From a virus (taxonomy: Duplodnaviria; Caudoviricetes), in IMG/VR virus record IMGVR_UViG_3300028591_000005, positions 81,978-145,977 of that record: a stretch of 64,000 bases of DNA. The stretch is one strand, 5' to 3'. Position numbers and translations under genes: made by a program. Positions 39,373-46,971 of this stretch are shown piece after piece. The notes under the pieces were generated by a model that searched no databases, was not told where the DNA came from, and saw only the letters and a list, made by a program, of their open reading frames with translations. How positions within the stretch are numbered: position 1 is the stretch's first letter; each line of letters starts with the position of its first letter.

Positions 39373-39514
39373 TAAGTTTCATGATGTCTCTACCAAGGGG
39401 AAACTTACAAAAACCTCCGACCTCTTTGCGATTTTTAAAAACAAAGATAAGTTTTATGATGTCTGTACCAAGGAAAAACTTATAAAAACCTCCGACGCTC
39501 CGAGGATTTTAAAA
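39373..39514 (-). repeat. tandem pair of ~67-nt two-hairpin elements (probable ncRNA)
   Basis: Copies at 39373-39440 and 39448-39514 share GTCGGAGGTTTTT, TAAGTTT/AAACTTA stem and CCTTGGTASAGACATCAT. Confidence 0.7.
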
Positions 39515-39688
39515 TATGGATTTACTCAACCTGTTTATATTATACTCGTCTCTGCTTTCAGAAATCCACAAACCCTGTTTTGACGAGTCCTCGATAGTCT
39601 GCTCATGTTGGCTGCCCTTTTCCAACACCTCTTGTTCTCTATAACAAGCGAGATACTTTCTCCAATGAGTTATCTACCCTTGAGGAAA

Positions 39689-39760
39689 TGACTCTGCCAG
39701 GATTCGAACCTGGGTCCCGACCGTGAGAGGGTCGCGTCTTAACCTCTTGACTACAGAGCC
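39689..39760 (-). tRNA. tRNA-Glu(CTC)
   Basis: CGACC-CT-CTC-AC-GGTCG, canonical arms. Confidence 0.93.
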
Positions 39761-39974
39761 ATAAGGAGAAAGGAAGAGTTGTAGATGACTGTCTACCTCT
39801 TTCTGTAAGGATTTACGGCTCTTAACCGACCTAACTTTCCCCGCGGTTTGCTTTATTGTAGTACGTGTAATCAAACCCGTAATGGAAACACGGTTCTTTT
39901 TAGGTGGTTGTCTCCACCAAATTTATTTCTTTCTTAACTTTCTATAAATATTATAACAAATATTTTTTAAAAAA

Positions 39975-40208
39975 TCAAGTAAGATTTTTTACCTGCTTAT
40001 ACATTGTTTCTAATATACTTAATGATTTATTAATTTCAATACAGGCTTCTTCATCATCGAAACCTTTTTTCTTTTGCCAATCTGACCATTTTTTAGGTAT
40101 CTCAAGACCAAAAATAAAATGTCCTTGAACATCATTTAAAGCAACGATACCTTTATTTAAGGCATTAAGAACATCATCTTTATTATTATCATTGATTTCA
40201 ATAATCAT
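39975..40208 (-). CDS. hypothetical protein
   Basis: 77 aa cassette with own promoter and RBS. Confidence 0.65.
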   Translation of the reverse strand: MIIEINDNNKDDVLNALNKGIVALNDVQGHFIFGLEIPKKWSDWQKKKGFDDEEACIEINKSLSILETMYKQVKNLT

Positions 40209-40273
40209 TTTATTCTCCTTAACTTTTCTATAAATATTATAACAAAAATTTATAAAAAAATCAAAAAAGAATT

Positions 40274-40723
40274 TTAAATCCCGCCTTGTACATTATAATC
40301 TTTAGTACATTCAATTGTGTATGAAATTGCTGTTATAGTCTCTGGATTATCGCAAACAATTTCAAGTAATGTGTCATACTGATCAAAACTTGTATAAGCA
40401 TTAGCATGAGATTGTCTTGTAAGTACTACTGTAGCGCCCATGACATTAACATCAAATCCTTCAAATTTTGCACTCCGCACTATATCATTAAACATAATAG
40501 TAACAGTAGATGCTGTTGAAATATGAACAGCATTAGGATGAGTTGCATGAACTCTAAACTTAGCAATATTCTCATGTGCTATAACTTGTTCTTTTGTTAT
40601 ATTAATAGTCCAACATTCATCCTGTTTTTCTGTGTGATTATCAATAATATCACCACTTGCAGCATAAATACCTTCTGCTATATCCTCTAATTCAAGAACT
40701 AGAGGTTTAATGTATTCTCCCAT
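40274..40723 (-). CDS. hypothetical protein with YxKP..AEGIYAASG leader-like N-terminus
   Basis: AGGAGG RBS; N-terminal YIKPLVLELEDIAEGIYAASG followed by a beta-rich domain. Confidence 0.65.
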   Translation of the reverse strand: MGEYIKPLVLELEDIAEGIYAASGDIIDNHTEKQDECWTINITKEQVIAHENIAKFRVHATHPNAVHISTASTVTIMFNDIVRSAKFEGFDVNVMGATVVLTRQSHANAYTSFDQYDTLLEIVCDNPETITAISYTIECTKDYNVQGGI

Positions 40724-40754
40724 AAAAATCATACCTCCTTATAAAAAATAAAAA

Positions 40755-40827
40755 TGCTAATGAATGGACTTGAACCACTGACTTCCACCTTATCAGAGTG
40801 GCGTTCTTCCTACTGAACTACATTAGC
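40755..40827 (-). tRNA. tRNA-Ile(GAT)
   Basis: GCTAATG/CATTAGC, CCACT-CT-GAT-AA-GGTGG. Confidence 0.92.
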
Positions 40828-40926
40828 ATATGCCTGAGCTTTGTCGCCAGGGCATCAGGCACCCCCGAATTACGGTAATAGCTTATCAACCGTACATGTA
40901 GGCTTCGCCTAAGCCCTCATGCGGAG

Positions 40927-40998
40927 TGGAGCTTGGCGGTTATGCTCCGCCTACTCATCCTTGCAAGGGATGTGTGTTCCTGACTATACCAAAGCCCC
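40927..40998 (-). tRNA. tRNA-Ala(TGC), atypical T loop
   Basis: GGGGCTT/AAGCTCC with G3:U70, CATCC-CT-TGC-AA-GGATG, T loop AGCATAA. Confidence 0.8.
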
Positions 40999-41277
40999 AT
41001 ATTGGTTTTTATCCACATATGCCTGGAACCATAACCAAACATATATGAGGTTAAAGACTTTACCAAGCTTTATTCACTCTCATTCGTATATTTTAGCGAC
41101 GTCTTTAATTCAGGTTCTCGTCCATAGCAGTGAGGAGCTATAATACTCAACAATCTCTGCCTTACGCCCTTCTTCGTCATAGGGTGACCTATGGGATTCT
41201 CGTTCTCATAGCAACGCCTGCTCCAAAGAGCAGGAAAACGACTACTGCGGGGATCGAACCCGCGACCTCGGCAGTGA

Positions 41278-42125
41278 ATGCTCGAAACAAGTTACGACCT
41301 TATATTTTAGACCATTCTTCTTCAGAATATTTATTAATTTCTGTTTTTTTACGAGGTAATCCGAATTTATCACACCATTTTCGGATAGCATTATCAGAAA
41401 CTCCATATTTAGTTCCAATTGTTGTAAATGGAACAGTTCTGATAAGATTTTTTAATTCTTCTCTTGTAATAGGCATTTTATCTTCAGGAATAATTCTATT
41501 TTTAGCAGAACATTCTGCACATCTTGTTGATGTTCTAAAAATTTCTTTTCCACAATCTATACAATAAAATTTTTTTGCAAAAATTTTTCTTTGTGGATTC
41601 CTACTACCTGTTGTTTCTAATTGTTGATTACAATTAGGACATACCCATCTTAAATTTTCTAATCTGTCATCATTATTAATACCATTGATATGGTCAAGTA
41701 TAAGAGTCAATTCTTTACCTTGCCATATTGGCTCTTGTCCACAGATAGAACATTTATATTCAGAGCAAGAATTTTTTATATATAATTTTCGTAAAGTATG
41801 TTGACTTGCTGTAGAATCTTGTATAAAAGTATTCTCCGGAGTCCTAATTACTCCTGTTCTAATACTCTTTTGAAAATGAGAAGTATCATAATTACTTAAT
41901 TTTTCTTCTAACATTTTAAGAGTATCTCCAGATGGAGAATTACTATATCCAATTTTTCTAGCAAAATCTTTAAAAGAAACAGAAATTTTTACAATATTTT
42001 CTATTTCTGAAGATGAATAATTTTCAAAATATCCCATAAAGACTCCTTTCTTATAAGATATATGAAAATAAGTTCAACTTCTTGAACTCGACTCGTCCAA
42101 AGTTTTACATTTAAACTATTCGAAC
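41278..42125 (-). mobile_element. tRNA-shaped intron carrying an HNH endonuclease
   Basis: Ends fold as acceptor GTTCGAA/TTCGAGC, D arm GTTT-AAATGTA-AAAC, stem TTGGAC/GTCTAA, T arm ATAAG-GTCGTAA-CTTGT; ORF inside. Confidence 0.75.
41300..42037 (-). CDS. HNH homing endonuclease
   Basis: CSICG..LILDHINGINNDDRLENLRWVCPNCN; Zn ribbon and C-terminal HTH (YGVSDNAIRKW); AAGGAG RBS. Confidence 0.92.
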   Translation of the reverse strand: MGYFENYSSSEIENIVKISVSFKDFARKIGYSNSPSGDTLKMLEEKLSNYDTSHFQKSIRTGVIRTPENTFIQDSTASQHTLRKLYIKNSCSEYKCSICGQEPIWQGKELTLILDHINGINNDDRLENLRWVCPNCNQQLETTGSRNPQRKIFAKKFYCIDCGKEIFRTSTRCAECSAKNRIIPEDKMPITREELKNLIRTVPFTTIGTKYGVSDNAIRKWCDKFGLPRKKTEINKYSEEEWSKI

Positions 42126-42270
42126 CAGTGCCGTATTCTAACCAAACTGAACTAAGTAGCCAAAACAATAGCAATACCGAGTAAGATGTCAAATCTCCTT
42201 TTTATAGTGATTGGATCCACTTGTGTTCTTACTATATCGGCTTTATTCTCTTCTAAATTGCTATTGTAAA

Positions 42271-42342
42271 ATGGAATGACAGGACTCGAACCTATGCATA
42301 GCGATTTTTCCATCGCCGCTCTACCAACTGAGCTACATTCCG
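42271..42342 (-). pseudogene. tRNA-Phe-like with 6-nt anticodon loop
   Basis: Canonical D and T arms; GCGAT-GGAAAA-ATCGC lacks U33. Confidence 0.6.
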
Positions 42343-42700
42343 TAATCGGTTTAACGCTCTGTACGATTCCCCTATTTAACTTCGGGACAGCTCCACATCT
42401 GTTATTTAAACTCTCTAGTGGGGAGAGTATAGTTCATGAACCGGTTGAACTTGGGTCGCACGAGGTGTCAACCAAACCCCGCCGTTTGCAAACTAGTGAT
42501 TATTTTTTTAGTTCATCACCACCGAACACTTCTCACATAGCGAAGTAAATGGATAAGGATTTCATCGCCTTATACAGATATTGGTATGTTCTTTCTCGTA
42601 AAACTCCAACATCAAAACCGACCTGTTTTTTTTAAAATCTTATTGGATAACAGGTAACCTCACCGATACAGTCGTCGCTCACGAGACCTCGTTATACATA

Positions 42701-42770
42701 GCATCGGAGCAAGGGTTCTCACCTGCATTTTCTGCCAAGACAGAGGTTTGTATCTTAACCTATCCGGTGC
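42701..42770 (-). ncRNA. degenerate tRNA-like cloverleaf
   Basis: GCACCGGA/TCCGATGC, TA, GGTT/AACC, TCTG/CAGA with short loop, GCAGG-TGAGAAC-CCTTGC. Confidence 0.5.
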
Positions 42771-42837
42771 CTAACGAGCGCGGAGCCTCATCTCCGCCTG
42801 TCATATCCTGTCAATTCAGGCATTACTTCGGTTGAAA

Positions 42838-42968
42838 CGGGAATCCGAGGACTCGAACCTCGATACTACGCTTAATGGATAAATGAGTACTGCCCTCAAA
42901 TCCTTGACAGTGTTTTCTTTAAACTATTATCCCACAGGCGTATGTCCTAACCTTTGGACGAGAAACCC
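42838..42968 (-). tRNA. tRNA-Asn(GTT) split by a 59-nt tRNA-shaped insert
   Basis: Removing 42876-42934 gives TACGC-CT-GTT-AA-GCGTA; G73; acceptor has two mismatches. Confidence 0.78.
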
Positions 42969-43373
42969 AAATCACGGGAGCCCATCCCCGCATTCTCACA
43001 CAGAGCATTCTCTGGTCGGGCATATTGAAAGGGAGGTGTGATTTATATACAAAAGAAAGGGAAAACCTTAAAGGATAATGTAGGAACATTTCATATCCCT
43101 TTCTTTATTGTAAATATATTATAACAAAAATTTTTTTAAAAGTCAAATGGTTATTTTTTATTGTACAAAAAACAACCAAAAAACTAAACCCCGATGACGC
43201 TCACAGGTGGTAGCCGCAACTACTATGAATAGAAGAAAATGAAAATAAGATTTTTCTTTTTGTACTTTTCACTTTCTATAAATATTATAACAAAAATTTT
43301 GTTATAAATCAAATGATGATTTTGTATTTTATATAAAAAATACTTTTATTAGAATTTTATCGCTTGCCCAAGA

Positions 43374-43658
43374 TTATATATTTAATCTCGCCATCATTGC
43401 TTCGATAGTTTCCTTTTCTGCGGCAGTCACCTCAGTGGGCGCTGCGGCGACAGGTGTTTCCGCCTTAACCGAGGTCTCCGCATTTTCACCATGCTCTATA
43501 TTTTCCTTAGCACAGGTCAATGCAACTTTAATCTGGACCTCCGCACCATCCTCAATCATAGGAATTCTCAATTCCTTGCCATCTACAAAAAAGGCATTAG
43601 GATAAATTTCCTGTATCTTGCTTATAATTGCTTCCTTCGAGCTACTACCTTTTGCCAT
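43374..43658 (-). CDS. hypothetical protein
   Basis: 94 aa ORF with promoter and RBS. Confidence 0.75.
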   Translation of the reverse strand: MAKGSSSKEAIISKIQEIYPNAFFVDGKELRIPMIEDGAEVQIKVALTCAKENIEHGENAETSVKAETPVAAAPTEVTAAEKETIEAMMARLNI

Positions 43659-43719
43659 ATCTTTATTTCCTTTCTTAACTTTCTATAAATATTATAACAA
43701 AAATTTTTTAAAAAATCAA

Positions 43720-44553
43720 TTAAGTATAATATTCATTAAAACATTTCTTACAGATTGTAATTCCATCTACTGTTGTAATCTTATTTTTTGTAGTTAATTT
43801 TCCATTACATATTGCACATTTATTGGTCATAAGAGGGAAAAAATCAAATCCAGCAGGATCTTTGATATATTTAAAAGCTTTATAACTATCAATATCTTCT
43901 AATATCTTACATACTTTTCCTATTGTTACTTCAAGCCAATCTGTATGCAGATGTTCTCCCAGGGAATGTTCATTTAAATAACCAACAGAAAGATTAACCG
44001 CAGCGATCTTAAAGCTAGGAGCAATTACCGATATGTCTGAAAAGCTACCTATATCAGTTACAAATCCATATCTATTGATAAACTTTTCAAACTTTTCATT
44101 TGCACAATTATAATAAACAGAGTCATTCTCACCTTGTCTATCCAATTCAATAATTGCCTTTAATTTATTAAAAGGGCTTTTCCCTTTTAAATCCTGGACT
44201 AATTTTATAGCACCTTTACACCCAATTTCTTCATCGCAAGTGAAAATAATGTGTGGTCTATATCCTCTTTGAATAATATCAATAATCGCATATACACCGG
44301 CACGATCATCCGCACCAAGTAACTGCGGAGACCACATTACTTTTTCCTCTTGATCATAGTATATATCTGTTGGCGGGAACTGAGCTACTGTGTCAAGGTG
44401 TGCGACTAATGCAACCGGAATCTGGCCCTCCGCAATTACATAACTTTTAGTTGTTATAACTTTATTATATCTTTCACGTAAAAATTCAGTTAATACTTTT
44501 AATAATTGTGGTTGTGTTAATTCACATATTTTTTTAAATAATTCTAAATTCAT
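43720..44553 (-). CDS. zinc peptidase, M20/M28/M42 superfamily
   Basis: AHLDTV, LGADDRAG, DEEIG, ELDR, NLSVGYLNEH. Confidence 0.88.
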   Translation of the reverse strand: MNLELFKKICELTQPQLLKVLTEFLRERYNKVITTKSYVIAEGQIPVALVAHLDTVAQFPPTDIYYDQEEKVMWSPQLLGADDRAGVYAIIDIIQRGYRPHIIFTCDEEIGCKGAIKLVQDLKGKSPFNKLKAIIELDRQGENDSVYYNCANEKFEKFINRYGFVTDIGSFSDISVIAPSFKIAAVNLSVGYLNEHSLGEHLHTDWLEVTIGKVCKILEDIDSYKAFKYIKDPAGFDFFPLMTNKCAICNGKLTTKNKITTVDGITICKKCFNEYYT

Positions 44554-44555
44554 AC

Positions 44556-45338
44556 TTATTCCTTTTCAAAATGGATATCTTTTTTATTAAGTTCCCTAGC
44601 AATAGATTCCATATACTTACATACATCACATTTATTAAAGCAACAACGTTTCTTACAGTTTAATCTTATTTCACCAAATATTGGTATAATAGAATTATTG
44701 GGTATATCTTCATTAAAATTATAAATGATTTGACATAAATCCCCATCCCATCTACCATCTTTATAAATTTCATATAAAGTTGGTTGAATTTCTAATCTAT
44801 CAGTTAAAAATTCAATTACATCAATATAATCTTCATATAAGTATAAATCATCAGGTCTAATAAAAAATTTTGTAAAATCACTACTAATTGTATCTGAACT
44901 AGATTGAGCCACATTAGGAATAACTCTAACATTGATATGTTTATCTTTACATATTCTTGATATATCTGGCAAATAGAAGCCTAATTCATTAGTAATATAA
45001 ACATCAGATACTTTCATTCTAATCTGTCCAATTAATTCATCAAGAGTTCCACATTTTTCTATAAAGAAATAAGATAAACATTCTTCTTCTAACAAATGAA
45101 AGTCCTGCTCTTTTGAACATAAGAAGGCAATATTATGTAATTTTGCGATAGTCGTAAATAATTCAAGATTTTTTTCAATATCTTCTAATTCAGTTATATT
45201 TAAGATAATTCTTTGTTCAGGCTTCCATTTTTGAACAAATTTAAGAATTTCTCTATCTTTTTTATCATATTTTATAATTATTTCATCAGCGATATCAAGC
45301 ATAGAACATCCCTGATAAAACTTACAAGCATATTTCAA
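44556..45338 (-). CDS. hypothetical protein
   Basis: 260 aa ORF with Cys-rich C-terminus. Confidence 0.75.
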   Translation of the reverse strand: MKYACKFYQGCSMLDIADEIIIKYDKKDREILKFVQKWKPEQRIILNITELEDIEKNLELFTTIAKLHNIAFLCSKEQDFHLLEEECLSYFFIEKCGTLDELIGQIRMKVSDVYITNELGFYLPDISRICKDKHINVRVIPNVAQSSSDTISSDFTKFFIRPDDLYLYEDYIDVIEFLTDRLEIQPTLYEIYKDGRWDGDLCQIIYNFNEDIPNNSIIPIFGEIRLNCKKRCCFNKCDVCKYMESIARELNKKDIHFEKE

Positions 45339-45432
45339 AATTAAACCTCCTTCAAATTTATAATTTTTCTATTATATTTATATTATAACAAAAAAAATAA
45401 GAGTTGTCAAGTGACAACTCTTATCTCTGAAG

Positions 45433-46320
45433 TTAAATTTTAAAAGAACTAGTTTTAGGTAACAAATCTTCTATACATAATGTATCATATTTTGTATAAG
45501 GTATTCTTATTAAAATAATATCATTATCTTTACACCATTGATTCTTTATTTGGTCATGTTCTTGTGTAATTGCAAATTTTTTATCATTATCATAATATCC
45601 ATTACCTTTTTTAAAATGTTGAATACCATCATATTCAATAACAGTATTTAAAGAGGGGATATAAAAATCAAATCTTCCTTTAAAAGGTAACGTATTTGGA
45701 GTATATTCTTTAATATAATTTATATTAGCTTGTTCTAATAAGTTTTTAATTTTTTCTTCTCCTTTAGAAAAGTTTTTACAACCGCAAGATGACACATGTT
45801 CAAACATTAATGAGGATGTTTTTACATATACAATATTTCCACATTGACATTGACATTTTCTATAATATCCATCACCAGAAGAGTATCCTCCTTCTATTAC
45901 TGTTAAAAATCCAAAAGTTTGTCCTACTAGATTTTGTAAACGACTAGTTTCAGAGGTTCTTTCTTTCTGATAACATCCGCATGATTTTGTAATACCTCGA
46001 ATTAAAAGAGTAGCTGCAACATCACACTCATTTCCACAATCACATTTACAATGCCATATTGAATTCTGAAATTTATCACTACCAATTTTATTAATGGCAG
46101 TTAAATAACCAAAATGCTGATTAGATAAATCTTTAGAATGAATTATTGAATTTTGTTCTTTTTTATAACATCCACAAGATTTAGATTTTCCATTTCTAAG
46201 ATCAGTTCCGCAAACTTCTCGAATAGTTCCACATTCACATTGACATTTCCAATATTTTTTATTATGTCGAGAGGGAGCTTGCTCTAATACAGTCCAACGA
46301 TTAAATTTTTCTCCTATCAT
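45433..46320 (-). CDS. free-standing homing endonuclease-like protein
   Basis: Three WxCxCxCG..SCGC repeats; SKGEEKI..RFDFYIP..IEYDGIQHF. Confidence 0.8.
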   Translation of the reverse strand: MIGEKFNRWTVLEQAPSRHNKKYWKCQCECGTIREVCGTDLRNGKSKSCGCYKKEQNSIIHSKDLSNQHFGYLTAINKIGSDKFQNSIWHCKCDCGNECDVAATLLIRGITKSCGCYQKERTSETSRLQNLVGQTFGFLTVIEGGYSSGDGYYRKCQCQCGNIVYVKTSSLMFEHVSSCGCKNFSKGEEKIKNLLEQANINYIKEYTPNTLPFKGRFDFYIPSLNTVIEYDGIQHFKKGNGYYDNDKKFAITQEHDQIKNQWCKDNDIILIRIPYTKYDTLCIEDLLPKTSSFKI

Positions 46321-46427
46321 CTTTATTTCTCCTTTCTATATATATTTCATTTTCTTTCTCTTAGTATTTTCTTCGGTTGACCAATAAAAAAAAATGGGAT
46401 GCTTTAGCATCCCATTTAAGAAGTATA

Positions 46428-46817
46428 TTAGGCAAGTCTATAAGCAACCCTCTTACCCTTTTCAGTTTTTACTTCTTCCTTAATAACAGCTCCCTCACGG
46501 GCAAGAGCAGTTAACCTACTTACAGTTTTGCTCTTGGTGACTTCCTCGTCACCAATTGCCGCAACGATAGCATCTACAGTCTGAGGCTCCTCAGTGATAA
46601 CCTCAAAAACTCTGTCCTTGAGAGCATCGGTCTCAGCCTTCTTCTCGGCAGCCTTCTCCTTAGCCTTAGCAGCCTTGGCATCGATCTTAGCGACCTCATT
46701 GTCGATAAAAGCAAGAACCTCATCAGCGGTGTACTCACCAACAGACTCGATATTCTCTACAAGTGCTCTAACTGCTGCGAAATACTCTTTTCTAGTAACC
46801 TTCTTTACGTTTGACAT
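46428..46817 (-). CDS. winged-helix DNA-binding-like protein (paralogue family)
   Basis: KVTRKEYF N-terminus, Lys/Ala linker, C-terminal wHTH-like pattern; related to 59762-60121 and 62419-62775. Confidence 0.7.
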   Translation of the reverse strand: MSNVKKVTRKEYFAAVRALVENIESVGEYTADEVLAFIDNEVAKIDAKAAKAKEKAAEKKAETDALKDRVFEVITEEPQTVDAIVAAIGDEEVTKSKTVSRLTALAREGAVIKEEVKTEKGKRVAYRLA

Positions 46818-46971
46818 AATGTTTTCTCCTCTTTAATTAATTTACTTATTTGTTTTCTTTTGTTACATTTATTATATCATTATTTTTTGTAAAAGTCAAG
46901 AAGTTTTTTATTATTTTTTTATTTCCCTCTTTCATCTTACATATATATTATAACAAAAAATTTTAAAAAAA

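Larger units (their letters stand above)
41239..42161 (-). tRNA. tRNA-Asp(GTC) split by an 848-nt insert
   Basis: 5' half 42126-42161 (GGCTACTTAGTTCAGTTTGGTTAGAATACGGCACTG) and 3' half 41239-41277 (TCACTGCCGAGGTCGCGGGTTCGATCCCCGCAGTAGTCG) join to CGGCA-CT-GTC-AC-TGCCG. Confidence 0.88.

Noticed and set aside
41278-42125. Group I or group II intron interpretation of the tRNA-Asp insert
   Set aside because: No terminal G, no GUGYG/AY ends, and only about 110 nt outside the ORF, too little for a catalytic core.
41239-42161. Alternative splice giving Glu(TTC)
   Set aside because: D arm, variable region AGGTC and G73 match Asp, and two intact Glu genes are already present.
42838-42968. Calling this tRNA His(GTG) from the unspliced read-through CT-GTG
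   Set aside because: G73 and the restored CGCCTGTTAAGCG arm fit Asn; a separate His gene with C73 exists at 27653.
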